The notes under the pieces were generated by a model. The model was not told where the DNA came from. It saw only the letters and a list, made by a program, of their open reading frames with translations, and did not search any database. Positions 27,169 through 37,309 of a stretch of 64,000 bases of DNA are shown piece by piece. The first letter of the stretch is position 1. Every line of letters starts with the position of its first letter. This stretch comes from Candidatus Sulfomarinibacteraceae bacterium. Its GTDB lineage: Bacteria; Acidobacteriota; Thermoanaerobaculia; Thermoanaerobaculales; Sulfomarinibacteraceae. The position numbers and the translations under genes are program-made. The stretch is taken from contig CAWCLO010000010.1 in assembly GCA_963796455.1 (NCBI GenBank), positions 288,001 through 352,000 on the forward strand, written 5' to 3'.

Positions 27169-28824
27169 ATGCGGGTCGAGGATCTCCATCACGACGAACT
27201 CCTGGAGCTGGACCCCGAGGGAGGCGTGATCCGTTTTGCGGGGCAGCGCGCGCTCCTGCTCGACGCCGTGGCTATGGGGCTCCTGCGGCAGTATCTGGTC
27301 GAGAATTTCGGCCTGACCGCTGCCCGTGCAGTGCTCACCCAGTTCGGCTTCGCCCACGGATGGCGCATGGCGGCGGCCATGCAGATGGAGTTCGAGTGGG
27401 CGAGCGATGAAGAATGGCGGCGCGCCGGTCCCAAAATCTACACGCTTGAGGGGCTTTTCCGCACCCAGGCGGGCAGTGAAGATCCTCTTTCCAAGCAGGG
27501 GGCAATGCTGCTGGCTTCCTACGAGGCGGAGCAGCATCTGCTGCACTTCGGCCGCTCAGACGCGGCGGTGTGCTGGACCATCTGCGGCCTCATGAGCGGC
27601 TACGTCAGCCACACCACCGGCAGGGAAATCTACGTCCTGGAAGATCGCTGCCTCGGCGAAGGCCACGTGGCGTGCCATCTCCTTGGTCGGACCCGCGAGG
27701 AGTGGGGTGACGAGCGCGCCGAAGAGCTCGCGTTCTTCAACCAGGGGCGCCTCAAGGAGTGCCTGGATGTCTCGCTCAGCAGGGTCACGGAGACATTGAA
27801 GACTGCGGAGGAGAAGCTTCACGCGCACCGTCAAGCGGTGGTCCGCGTGGCGCGTGACGTGGAAGAGCCACTGGGGATTGTCGCCAAAAGCACAAAGATG
27901 CAGCAGGTGGTGGACCTGGCACGACGCGTGGCCAGAGTCGATGCAACAGTGCTTATCACCGGTGAGAGCGGTGTGGGAAAGGAGAGAATCGCGCGCCTTG
28001 TCCACGACGAATCAACGCGGGCCGCTGGTCCGTTCGTCGCGGTCAACTGCGGTGCCATCACCGAGACTCTCCTCGAGAGTGAGCTTTTCGGGCACGCGCG
28101 CGGCGCGTTCACGGGTGCGTCTTCAGACCGGCCCGGCCTGTTCGAAGCGGCCAACCACGGGACACTGCTGTTGGACGAGATCGGTGAGATCTCTTCAGGT
28201 ATGCAGGTCAAGCTCCTGCGGGTGCTGCAGGAACGGGAGGTCCGTCGGGTTGGAGAGAATAAGAGCCGGCCGGTGGATGTTCGCGTTCTGGCCACCACCA
28301 ACCGCGATCTTGCCCACGGGGTCGAAGACGGTGGCTTTCGGCAGGACCTCTACTACCGGCTCAAGGTCGTCGAACTGGACGTTCCGCCGCTCCGAGATCG
28401 CAGGGAAGACGTCTTACCGCTTGCACGGGTGTTGCTCGCAGACGCAGGCGGTCGAATGGGACGCAAGATCTCCGGCATAGTCCCCCAGGCCGCCGATCAG
28501 CTCCTGCGCTACGACTGGCCCGGCAACGTGCGCGAGTTGGAAAACGCCATGGAGCGGGCCGTTGCGCTCGCCCGTGGAGGGCGTGTCAACCTCGACGACC
28601 TGCCCGAGGAGGTCCGGCGAGCGTTTCCCAGGCCGGTGGTGAACGGGGACACGGTGCAGTCGCTCAGCGAAATCGAAAAAGATTACATTCTCGCGGTTCT
28701 GAAACTCAACGGTGGCAACCAGACGCACACTGCCGCGCAGCTCCGGATCGGCTCGGCGACGCTCTACCGAAAGCTCAAGAGCTATGGTTTGATCCGTGGC
28801 AGGCGCACGAAGCCGCGTCAGTAG
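27169..28824 (+). CDS. XylR/DmpR-type sigma54 activator (XylR_N + V4R + AAA+ + HTH)
   Basis: [34 protein letters not shown]...[32 protein letters not shown]. Confidence 0.92.
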   Translation: MRVEDLHHDELLELDPEGGVIRFAGQRALLLDAVAMGLLRQYLVENFGLTAARAVLTQFGFAHGWRMAAAMQMEFEWASDEEWRRAGPKIYTLEGLFRTQAGSEDPLSKQGAMLLASYEAEQHLLHFGRSDAAVCWTICGLMSGYVSHTTGREIYVLEDRCLGEGHVACHLLGRTREEWGDERAEELAFFNQGRLKECLDVSLSRVTETLKTAEEKLHAHRQAVVRVARDVEEPLGIVAKSTKMQQVVDLARRVARVDATVLITGESGVGKERIARLVHDESTRAAGPFVAVNCGAITETLLESELFGHARGAFTGASSDRPGLFEAANHGTLLLDEIGEISSGMQVKLLRVLQEREVRRVGENKSRPVDVRVLATTNRDLAHGVEDGGFRQDLYYRLKVVELDVPPLRDRREDVLPLARVLLADAGGRMGRKISGIVPQAADQLLRYDWPGNVRELENAMERAVALARGGRVNLDDLPEEVRRAFPRPVVNGDTVQSLSEIEKDYILAVLKLNGGNQTHTAAQLRIGSATLYRKLKSYGLIRGRRTKPRQ

Positions 28825-29114
28825 GGGTGCTCCGCAATCGGGTCACCCCTCGTTACACATCCTTCTTCCTGCCGCCGATCAGCATCCGAGTCTTCGACAT
28901 GGTGGAACACAGTCCCATTCAATCGAAGCTCGTTCACCGCAATCGATCAACTTTTCCGGCTTCAGGAAATTTCTGCGCCAATCACGACCACCACTCCACG
29001 GGTCTTAGGCAAGACCTGCCTGCAACCGAGTTAAGATAACGCGCCGACATCAAGCGACCTGAGCACCCGAGACCGAGGCCGTTGTGGTCGTCAGCAAATC
29101 GGCGAAGGAGCGTC

Positions 29115-29792
29115 ATGGGTTTGTTTCGAAAAAAGACTCCGCCAAAAAGCACCCATCCCGATCAGATCGGTCGCCGCCTCCACGTCGGCTGCGGCACCGA
29201 GGCGATTTCGGGTTGGTGCAATATCGATATCCAGGATCTGCCCGGAGTCGACATCGTCATGGATGTCACCCAGGATTTTTCGTTTTCGGATATCGAGTTC
29301 ATCTATTGCGAGCACTTCATCGAGCACCTCCGATTCGATCACGGCTACCGCTTTCTCAGCGGTTGCTTCGATGCGCTGACCGATGGTGGGGTGATGCGGC
29401 TTTCTACGCCGAATCTGGATTGGGTCTATCTCACACACTACGCCGTCGAGTCCGCGGACCCGAAACAAAAGATCAGCAACACCTTCATGCTGAATCGCGC
29501 CTTCTATGCCTGGGGCCACCAGTTTCTCTACAGTCGTGAAGTCCTGATCGAGGTCCTGGCTTCGATCGGTTTCGATACGATCACCGAGCATGAATATGGC
29601 CAGAGTGAGATCCCCGAACTTCGTGGTCTGGAGCGACACGAACGTTACGGCGCCACCCCAGAACTTCCCGATGTGCTCGTCGTTGAAGCCACGAAGCACG
29701 GGGCTGATCGACGCGCGAGTTCCTCGCGAGACGAGATTCTCCAACAGGCTCGCGAGGAGTTTCTCAACATGATCGACTGGAATATCGAATGA
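29115..29792 (+). CDS. Class I SAM-dependent methyltransferase
   Basis: LHVGCG...WCNID, IYCEHFIEHL, GGVMRLSTPN; AAGGAG RBS. Confidence 0.85.
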   Translation: MGLFRKKTPPKSTHPDQIGRRLHVGCGTEAISGWCNIDIQDLPGVDIVMDVTQDFSFSDIEFIYCEHFIEHLRFDHGYRFLSGCFDALTDGGVMRLSTPNLDWVYLTHYAVESADPKQKISNTFMLNRAFYAWGHQFLYSREVLIEVLASIGFDTITEHEYGQSEIPELRGLERHERYGATPELPDVLVVEATKHGADRRASSSRDEILQQAREEFLNMIDWNIE

Positions 29793-29867
29793 GAACCCAG
29801 CCACCGGTCGGGAGAAATTTCTGGAATGCTCGCGCCGATTTCGACGGCCTTGTCCGCCGCACGGTAG

Positions 29868-30320
29868 ATGAAGAACTTCACTAGGAGTCAAAGCTTCCGA
29901 CCCGGCGTCGCCCTGGCGGTCGCTGTGATGTTGCTCGTCATCCCGGTTGTGCGCGGGCTCAAATCGCCCGGCGGCACCACGTTGGAAATTCCTCAGACGC
30001 CGTCGGACCGGTCACCGGGCAACGCCGGCACCTGGTGGCGGTTCCTCGACCAGGCCCGGGACCATCTCCCCGAAGGCGCCCCCTACACCATTCGGGCCGA
30101 CGACCGAATTGCGGAGATGAGACTGCTCACGATAGCCCTCGGTCTTCTCCCCCACCATGACATTCGCCCCGCATCGTACTTCGGTCAACCGACACAGGAT
30201 GGTGGGAGGAGTGCGGACTTCGTCCTCGTTTTCGGCCCCCACTCAATGGAGGGCGATCTCGCGCTGGTGGCGAAGGTCGATGGCGGCGCCGTCTATCGAA
30301 GAACGTCGGACTCGCAATGA
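29868..30320 (+). CDS. Hypothetical membrane-anchored protein
   Basis: One N-terminal hydrophobic helix; stop overlaps the next start (ATGA). Confidence 0.65.
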   Translation: MKNFTRSQSFRPGVALAVAVMLLVIPVVRGLKSPGGTTLEIPQTPSDRSPGNAGTWWRFLDQARDHLPEGAPYTIRADDRIAEMRLLTIALGLLPHHDIRPASYFGQPTQDGGRSADFVLVFGPHSMEGDLALVAKVDGGAVYRRTSDSQ

Positions 30321-31663
30321 ACGGGTTGGTTTTCACGCTCGCCTACCTCGGAATCTGCCTCTTCGGTCTTCCCGCAGCCTTTCACCCCCTGTTCAGGCAG
30401 CACCGGTTGCTGGCACGTTTGGCGGCCTCCTTTCTCCTTGGAGCGGTTCTTCTCACTCTCACCGCTTTGATCTGGTCCCTTCTGGGGGTGCCCTGGACGG
30501 TATGGACCCTGGGTGTCCCACTCTTCGGCCTCTCGGTCGCCGGTGCCGCTGTCCTGGCACGAAGGGAATCAACCGGCGATTATGAAGGTGAGTCGGTTCG
30601 TTCGCCAACGCCGTTGCACCAAGCAGCCTTGGCTCTCACCTTCGCGGCTCTTGCATTTCTTGCCTGGCAGCTCATCACGACCCGTGCGACCTCGCCGGAC
30701 TTTTTGTTCTTCTGGGGGGTCAAGGGCCTGCGCTTTGCCGAGGCGGGGGGGATCGATCCGCTTCTTTTGAAGTGGCCTTTTTTCACCCACGCCCACATCA
30801 ACTACCCTCCGCTCCTGCCGACAACATTTGCCTGGGGAGCGCTCGTTGCCGGTGGCATTCCGTGGATCTGGACGCCGACCCTCAGCTGGATTTGGATCGC
30901 CTCCACGGCGGCGGTGCTTGGACCGATTCTGCAGCCGCTGCTGGGATCGACGCGAAGCGCCGTTCTGACCGCCGTCTGGTCGGTCACCCTGTCGGCATCA
31001 ATGATCGTCTCGATCTCCGGTGGCAACGCCGAAGCTCCATTGGTGGCTTTTCTGACGGTAGCCTGCGCGATCCTCCTGGCCCGGACGGACGGGGGACCAT
31101 CGTCTCAATGGACCATTGTCGCGCTGGCGTTTGTCGGGGCGGTTCTGACCAAGAACGAGGGCCCGGTGTCGGTCGCACTTCTGGGCGGTGGCGCCCTCCT
31201 TCGAGCTGGAATCGAACGCGACCGCCGGAGCGCTCTCCGCATCGTGGGCGCCGGTGCGGCCGCAATTGGCGCCATCGGTCTGTGGGCCCTGTTTTTGGCC
31301 ACCAACGCACTCCCTCTCACCGATCCGATCCGTCAGCGCGCCGGCAACATCAATTTCGACCACATCGGTGAGATCCTGGCCGCCGCTCCGGCCGGTCTCG
31401 ATGTGGGTACCGCCACACTGTCATGGTGGGTGCTCGCGATCGCCGTCTTGGCCTCGAAGGGTCGCCGGTTGACGGTCTACCTCCCAGCCGCTGCTTTGTG
31501 TTTTGGTTTGCTCGGTTTCGCGTTCGTTTATTACCTCCACTCCGAAAACGATCCGACCATCCTCATCGGGTGGACCCTCGCCCGACTCTGCCAACCTGCG
31601 CTCTCGGCCCTTGTCCTGTGGGCGGGGTTGACGTGGATGGTCGACGACCAGCAATCCAACTGA
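30317..31663 (+). CDS. Polytopic membrane protein, possible GT-C fold glycosyltransferase
   Basis: Many TM helices; DFLFFWGVKG, NYPPLLP and TKNEG motifs. Confidence 0.7.
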   Translation: MNGLVFTLAYLGICLFGLPAAFHPLFRQHRLLARLAASFLLGAVLLTLTALIWSLLGVPWTVWTLGVPLFGLSVAGAAVLARRESTGDYEGESVRSPTPLHQAALALTFAALAFLAWQLITTRATSPDFLFFWGVKGLRFAEAGGIDPLLLKWPFFTHAHINYPPLLPTTFAWGALVAGGIPWIWTPTLSWIWIASTAAVLGPILQPLLGSTRSAVLTAVWSVTLSASMIVSISGGNAEAPLVAFLTVACAILLARTDGGPSSQWTIVALAFVGAVLTKNEGPVSVALLGGGALLRAGIERDRRSALRIVGAGAAAIGAIGLWALFLATNALPLTDPIRQRAGNINFDHIGEILAAAPAGLDVGTATLSWWVLAIAVLASKGRRLTVYLPAAALCFGLLGFAFVYYLHSENDPTILIGWTLARLCQPALSALVLWAGLTWMVDDQQSN

Positions 31664-31777
31664 AGCACGAATCTCCCGTTTTTTTGACCCGCAGTCGAAA
31701 CCGGTCATTCCGAATGGCGGAATGAGTCGCGATTTCACGTAGGTTAGAATGATTGTCAAACCAAATTGGAGAATCAA

Positions 31778-33262
31778 ATGGCAAAGTACGACAGCATTCT
31801 CGGTGCGGTCGGCCACACCCCTGTGGTCCGAATCAACAAAATGGCGCCTGAGGGAATCAATCTCTATGTCAAGATCGAGGCCTTCAACCCCATGGGCTCG
31901 GTCAAAGACCGGCTCGCGCTCGGCGTCATCGAAGACGCCGAAAAACGCGGCGCTCTCAAACCCGGCCAGACCGTGATCGAAGCCACGAGCGGCAACACCG
32001 GTATCGGGTTGGCAATGGTCTGCGCCCAGAAAGATTATCCCCTGGTGGTGACCATGGCCGAGAATTTTTCGATCGAAAGACGCAAGATGATGCGCTTCCT
32101 TGGCGCCAAGGTCGTTCTGACACCGGCGTCAGAGAAGGGCACCGGGATGCTCCGCAAAGCCGAGGAACTCGCCGAGGCCCATGGCTGGTTTCTGTGCCGC
32201 CAGTTCGAAAACGAGGCCAACGCGAATGTGCATTCGTCAACCACCGCCCTGGAGATCCTCGAGGATTTTTCGGGTGACAGGCTCGACTATTGGGTTACAG
32301 GATTCGGCACCGGCGGCACGATGAAGGGTGTTTCCCGGGTCCTGAAGAAGGAGCGACCAGAGACAACGATCGTTGTTTGTGAGCCTGACAACTCACCCAT
32401 CCTGGGCTCTGGCATCCCTCAGGCACGCTACGACGACGGATCCATCAAAGAAAGCCACCCGTCTTTTCGCACCCACCTCATGCAGGGCTGGACGCCCGAT
32501 TTCATTCCCAAACTGGCCGAGGATGCACAGGCGTCTGAGTTGCTCGATGTCTTCGTGCCCATCAAGGGGGCCGACGGACTCAAGTGCTCTCAGGACCTGG
32601 CTCAGAAGGAGGGCATCTTTGTCGGGATCTCCGCCGGCGCGACCCTGGCGGGGGCGCTGCAGATCGCACAGGACGCACCCGCCGGCAGCACGATCCTGGC
32701 CATGCTGCCCGACACCGGCGAGCGCTACATGTCGACTCCACTCTTCTACGACGTCTCGGAGGACATGACAGCAGACGAGATCGAAATCTCGAAATCAACC
32801 CCGAGCTTTCGTTTTGATGCCAAGCCTCCCGCGGCCAAGGAAACCGAGACCGAGGAGCCCGTCGTGACCCCTGCAGCAACGGCATTCCTCGACCAGCTCA
32901 TCAACGATGCCGAACAACCGGTCGTGATGTTTGCCTTCGAGTGGTGCGAGTTCTGTTGGTCTGTCCGCAAACTCTTCGCCGAGTGCGGAATCCCATACCG
33001 CTCCATCGACATCGACTCGGCCGAGTACCAGGAAAACGACTGGGGCGGTGAGGTGCGGGCGGCGCTCAACGCGCGCTTCGATGTCAAAACCATCCCGCAG
33101 GTCTTTGTTGGTGGAAAACACATCGGAGGTGCAACCGAGACCTTCGACGCATTCAATGAGGGCCAGTTGCAGAAGCTCCTCGGTCAGAGTGGAGTCGCAT
33201 ACAACCAGGCCGTATCGGTTGACCCCTACTCGCTGTTGCCGACCTGGCTCCATCCACGATAG
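31778..33262 (+). CDS. cysK: Cysteine synthase A fused to a C-terminal glutaredoxin domain
   Basis: FNPMGSVKDR (PLP lysine), EATSGNTGIG, GFGTGGT, PDTGERYMST; then WCEFC...TIPQVFVGGKHIGG. Confidence 0.92.
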   Translation: MAKYDSILGAVGHTPVVRINKMAPEGINLYVKIEAFNPMGSVKDRLALGVIEDAEKRGALKPGQTVIEATSGNTGIGLAMVCAQKDYPLVVTMAENFSIERRKMMRFLGAKVVLTPASEKGTGMLRKAEELAEAHGWFLCRQFENEANANVHSSTTALEILEDFSGDRLDYWVTGFGTGGTMKGVSRVLKKERPETTIVVCEPDNSPILGSGIPQARYDDGSIKESHPSFRTHLMQGWTPDFIPKLAEDAQASELLDVFVPIKGADGLKCSQDLAQKEGIFVGISAGATLAGALQIAQDAPAGSTILAMLPDTGERYMSTPLFYDVSEDMTADEIEISKSTPSFRFDAKPPAAKETETEEPVVTPAATAFLDQLINDAEQPVVMFAFEWCEFCWSVRKLFAECGIPYRSIDIDSAEYQENDWGGEVRAALNARFDVKTIPQVFVGGKHIGGATETFDAFNEGQLQKLLGQSGVAYNQAVSVDPYSLLPTWLHPR

Positions 33263-33416
33263 GCAACTCGACCCGGCGAACTCGTCCGGTTGTGATATTG
33301 TGTCTCAAGAAACTCAATACACAGCAGGTGATGCGCCCGCGGTATTGCCGCCGGTTCAACGGATCCGTTCCGAGGACCGGATCTACCAACAGGGGAAAAA
33401 CAAGAAGGAGTTGATG

Positions 33417-33890
33417 ATGAAAAGAACATGGACAACGATGATGATGTGCGCGCTGGTCCTCGGATCACTCGCGACCCCGGCCTGGTCGGGCGAAGAGACC
33501 GCCAATGGAACCGTGACCTACGCCCCGGCCGCGCTCGAGACCGTGAAGACAGCGGACGGCGGCATGATGCAACGCTCTCACATCATGGGTATCGTGCTCT
33601 GCGATGACCCGTCGGCATCGATCCACCTCGCGAGCCAGGACTGCTTCGGTACCACCGTGGTCTCGGCTGACGGCACCGCTGTAGCCAACGGCTACTGTGA
33701 CGCGGTCGACGCCGAAGGTGACCGCTGGTGGATCTGGTGGCACAACAGCCCGAAGGGCAATAAATGGGGCTTCATGGGCGGCACCGGCAAGTACGAAGGC
33801 ATCAAGGGCGGCGGCACCACCACCAATCTGGTCCAGATGGAGGACGGTCGCTCGGTCGTCAACTGGGAAGGCCACTGGACGATGAAATAG
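33417..33890 (+). CDS. Secreted hypothetical protein (beta-rich)
   Basis: AAGGAG RBS; signal peptide ending PAWS; GYC...D.EGD and GGTGKYEGIKGGG motifs. Confidence 0.8.
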   Translation: MKRTWTTMMMCALVLGSLATPAWSGEETANGTVTYAPAALETVKTADGGMMQRSHIMGIVLCDDPSASIHLASQDCFGTTVVSADGTAVANGYCDAVDAEGDRWWIWWHNSPKGNKWGFMGGTGKYEGIKGGGTTTNLVQMEDGRSVVNWEGHWTMK

Positions 33891-33912
33891 GGCCCGCAAA
33901 AATACCGAACTC

Positions 33913-33957
33913 ATCCGCACCGGTTGGCGCTTCAATCGCCGGTGCGGATCTTTTTTT
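33913..33957 (+). terminator. Rho-independent terminator
   Basis: atccgcaccgg...ccggtgcggat followed by T7. Confidence 0.8.
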
Positions 33958-34105
33958 CTCCACCGACTTCGCGGAACACGATGACTCCGGGAACTGACTT
34001 CCGGACCATCCGGATCAACCCGTCAAGATCCTCTGCCGGTTCGAAATAAGCCGGTGGGGCGTCCGCAGCCGGGAGATGCATGGCGACGACCGTCGATGCA
34101 CCGAA

Positions 34106-34339
34106 TCATCTCCACCCAATTCGCCAACGATCGCCACATTCAAGCTCTCTCCAGTGAATTTCTCGAAGCGCATTCGTCAACACCGCCTCGATCACGAGAT
34201 GGTCGGTCGCCACACCATCAACATCACGCACCCAATCGACCACGATGAAGTGCTTTTCACGGTTCACCGGTTCAACCGCGGTCCACTTGGACTCCGGGAG
34301 CTTGTTTCGATTGACCGGATTTTTTGTCGTGGCCGTCAC
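34106..34339 (-). CDS. TIGR02450-type tryptophan-rich small protein
   Basis: N.NKL..SKWTAV.PVNREKHFIV...IEAVLT...IHWREL...WRIGW. Confidence 0.88.
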   Translation of the reverse strand: MTATTKNPVNRNKLPESKWTAVEPVNREKHFIVVDWVRDVDGVATDHLVIEAVLTNALREIHWRELECGDRWRIGWR

Positions 34340-34923
34340 AGCGAATCATTCTCCGATCCGGTCGTTCGGTAGGCGCTGATCCTGATGATATCGAGCTGGA
34401 ACGGGCCTTCCTGGCCGCTGATGATCAAACCGAAGGTTGTCATCCGAGCGGGATCGAGCGGCGGATGCTCGGGGACCCGACGACCCCGGTATACCGCTTC
34501 GAAATCGTTGAAGGGAATCCTCAGATCGACCCATCGCGAAACCGGTGGCGTGATCTGAGCCTGATAGCTGATTCCGTCGAATGCGGCATCGGTCCGGATC
34601 CGAAAACCGTATCGGCTGCCATCGCCGCGGACCCGAAGCTGTACGCCATCAAAGGCTGCACAATCAATCGGCCGGGGGCTTGATCGCACGGAGGCGAAAC
34701 CGCCGTTGTTTGCGAAGGAAACATCACCGCGGAAGACCGCGACGCCGCCGTCAATCACCATCTCGCTCCGCGAGACTCCTCCCATCACGACATCGTCGAT
34801 GCTCTTCCACGCCCTCGATCCGGCCGAAAAGTCGAAGATCTGCATTTGTTGTGAACCGGGAGCTCCGACACCTTCGAGCGTGACCAGGCCGATAAACAGC
34901 ATCGCGAGAACCCGGCCGATCAT
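34336..34923 (-). CDS. CIA30 family protein
   Basis: WKSIDDVVMGGVS, NNGGFASVRS, VRGDGSRY, GPFQLDI. Confidence 0.92.
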   Translation of the reverse strand: MIGRVLAMLFIGLVTLEGVGAPGSQQMQIFDFSAGSRAWKSIDDVVMGGVSRSEMVIDGGVAVFRGDVSFANNGGFASVRSSPRPIDCAAFDGVQLRVRGDGSRYGFRIRTDAAFDGISYQAQITPPVSRWVDLRIPFNDFEAVYRGRRVPEHPPLDPARMTTFGLIISGQEGPFQLDIIRISAYRTTGSENDSL

Positions 34924-35969
34924 ACCCGGCCCGCTTCAGAAAATCGAGGTTTGAGCAGGGTGTGTGAGACATACCACTCCATCCCGTGCCGGTAGCCGAA
35001 GAGTTCGGAGCAGGCCATGAAAAACATTCTCCAGCGCGCGAACCAACGTTCAGCCTGATCGCCATAGGTGTCTCGAAATAGCGGTATCAACCGTTGACGG
35101 TTTGCATCCATCGCCCGAAGCCAAGCTTCGAGGGTCCGGCTGTAGTGGAGGCCATCGACGCGCCACTGATCGATCACTTCGAGGTGCCGGCCAAAACGAC
35201 GGGGGAAGTCCTCCGACGGCATGATCCCGCCGCTGAAAAAGTGCCGCGCCATCCAGTCGCTGGAGCCGGAATCGACAAAACGGTACGCATAGCGCCGGTT
35301 GCAGAAGACGTGGAGAAAAAACCTTCCCGCAGGTTCGAGCCAGTTCGAGACTCTGGAAAAGAGGCGATCCCAGTTCTGCATGTGTTCGAACATCTCCACC
35401 GAGACGATACGGTCAAAACGCCTCGCGCTCGAGAATTCGTTCATGTCAGCGGTCAGGACTTCAACCCGGTCAATTCCTCGTTCGGTACAGCGGCGGCGAA
35501 TGAACTCCGCCTGGGTGCGCGAGTTCGAAACCGCGACGACCCTGGCTCGTGGGAATTTCGCGGCAATCCAGAGCGCCATCGAGCCCCAGCCGCACCCGAG
35601 ATCGAGGACCTCCATGCCATCCATGATGCCGGCGCGATCGACGCACAGCGCGAGCATCTCCTCCTCGGCCTCAGCCAGGTCTGTGACGCCTTCGGGCCAG
35701 AGACACGACGAGTACTTGAGATGCGGGCCGAGGACGGTCTCAAAAAACTCGGCCGGCAACTCGTAGTGCTGCCGATTGGCGTCGTCGGTCGCGATCGCGA
35801 TCGGCCCCGAACTCAGCTCATCGGTGAATTGCTGCAGCCTGAGACGTGTACGCTCCATATCCGGCGCCTTTTCCGATTGCAGGCGCTGACCGATCACCAT
35901 TCGCATGAAGGCACGGACGACAGGATCAGGAATCACCCTTCGCTCTGCGAGGTCAATCGCCCACTTCAC
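34920..35969 (-). CDS. SAM-dependent methyltransferase, cyclopropane-fatty-acid synthase superfamily
   Basis: ANRQHYELP, LKYSSC, LDLGCGWGS, SVEMFEHM, WMARHFFSGG, WRMFFMACSELF. Confidence 0.9.
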   Translation of the reverse strand: MKWAIDLAERRVIPDPVVRAFMRMVIGQRLQSEKAPDMERTRLRLQQFTDELSSGPIAIATDDANRQHYELPAEFFETVLGPHLKYSSCLWPEGVTDLAEAEEEMLALCVDRAGIMDGMEVLDLGCGWGSMALWIAAKFPRARVVAVSNSRTQAEFIRRRCTERGIDRVEVLTADMNEFSSARRFDRIVSVEMFEHMQNWDRLFSRVSNWLEPAGRFFLHVFCNRRYAYRFVDSGSSDWMARHFFSGGIMPSEDFPRRFGRHLEVIDQWRVDGLHYSRTLEAWLRAMDANRQRLIPLFRDTYGDQAERWFARWRMFFMACSELFGYRHGMEWYVSHTLLKPRFSEAGRV

Positions 35970-37309
35970 GGTCGGCCAAACCCTCGCCGTACGGATTCCG
36001 AAGACGAACCGGCGCCGGCTTCTCCGGCTCGACTGAGCTGAAGCTGGAGGTTTCCGATGTGGTGGTGATCAAAAGCGGCCTCACAGGTTGCGAGGTAGAA
36101 ATCCCAGAGCCTGATAAAACGCTCGTCGAAACCAAGCTCACGTACCCGATCGATTTGGAGCCAGAAACGGCGTCGCCAAAGGCGGAGGGTGGTCGCGTAG
36201 TGTTCCCCGATATTCTCCAGCCGATCCACCACCAACCCACTTCGCCGACTCAGCGAACCCTGAATGGCGCCGAGCGACGGCAGATGGCCACCCGGAAAAA
36301 TATATTTGCGAATCCAATCGGTGCCGCGGCGATATGCATCGTAGTTCTGATCGGGGATCGTGATGGTCTGCAACGCGATCTTGCCGCCGGGACGCAACAC
36401 ACGATCGCAGACCGAGAAGAATCCATCCAGATAGCCGTGTCCCACCGCCTCGAGCATTTCGATCGAAACGATCGCGTCGAATGAACCCTCGATGTCTCGG
36501 TAGTCCAAAAGACGGATTTCGACCAGATGGTCGAGAGCATTGTCCCGCATACGCCGGCGCGCGAAATGAGCCTGCTCCTCGGAGAGGGTCACCGCGGTGA
36601 CGCGGCACCCGAGGGTTCCAGCGGCGTATTCGGCAAAGCCACCCCACCCGCATCCGATCTCCAGGACATGGTCACCGGGTCGAAGAGCGGCCCATTGAGC
36701 GAGACGGCGATATTTGGAGGTCTGAGCCTGTTCGAGACCCGACTCAGAATCTTCGAACAGCGCCGCCGAGTAGGTCATCGAGGGGTCGAGAAAGAGTGAG
36801 TAAAAATCGTTCGAGAGATCGTAGTGAGCGTGGATGTTGCGACGCGCCTGGCCGCGGGTGTTGCTGCGAGTCAGGTGCAGCAGCCGGTCCTTTGCCCGAC
36901 CCAGGAGACCAACCAGCCGCGGCGGCGCGAGCGCTTCCTCGTTGGCCAGAAAGAGCCGGGTCAGCGCAACCAGATCCGGTGTGCTCCAGTCGCCATCGAC
37001 ATAGGATTCTCCTGCGCCGATGTCGGCACCGCGCAGGAGGCGGAGGAAAAACCGCCACCGGTGAACCACCAGCTCGGCCCGCGGGGAATCGCTCGCGCCG
37101 AATACCCGGCTCCTCCCGTCGGGCAGACGTACGGACAGCGTGCCGTCGCGCAGCTTGCCGAGGCCGGCCAGCACGAGTCGGGCGGCAAACGGAGTCCTGC
37201 CCTCGGCGTCGCGTGTTTCTTTGTTGGTCGGGCGCCCACCACCGGCGGCATGGGCATCACGTTCAATGCGGTCCCCGGGTTGGACGATACGGAAGGTGGA
37301 TTCAGCCAT
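35966..37309 (-). CDS. cfa: Cyclopropane-fatty-acyl-phospholipid synthase family methyltransferase (UfaM-like)
   Basis: GESYVDGDW, NIHAHYDLSNDFY, MTYSAA, LEIGCGWG, SIEMLEAVG, YIFPGG, WDFYLATCEAAF. Confidence 0.9.
   Translation of the reverse strand: MAESTFRIVQPGDRIERDAHAAGGGRPTNKETRDAEGRTPFAARLVLAGLGKLRDGTLSVRLPDGRSRVFGASDSPRAELVVHRWRFFLRLLRGADIGAGESYVDGDWSTPDLVALTRLFLANEEALAPPRLVGLLGRAKDRLLHLTRSNTRGQARRNIHAHYDLSNDFYSLFLDPSMTYSAALFEDSESGLEQAQTSKYRRLAQWAALRPGDHVLEIGCGWGGFAEYAAGTLGCRVTAVTLSEEQAHFARRRMRDNALDHLVEIRLLDYRDIEGSFDAIVSIEMLEAVGHGYLDGFFSVCDRVLRPGGKIALQTITIPDQNYDAYRRGTDWIRKYIFPGGHLPSLGAIQGSLSRRSGLVVDRLENIGEHYATTLRLWRRRFWLQIDRVRELGFDERFIRLWDFYLATCEAAFDHHHIGNLQLQLSRAGEAGAGSSSESVRRGFGRP

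Noticed and set aside
28827..29039. 70-aa ORF between the activator and the methyltransferase
   Set aside because: No RBS, no recognisable motif and atypical composition.
33263..33410. Possible riboswitch between cysK and the secreted protein gene
   Set aside because: Some hairpins are present, but I could not match them to any known riboswitch consensus.
32931..33416. N-terminal extension of the 319-aa ORF 32931-33890
   Set aside because: It overlaps cysK in another frame. The RBS and signal peptide point to a start at 33414/33417.
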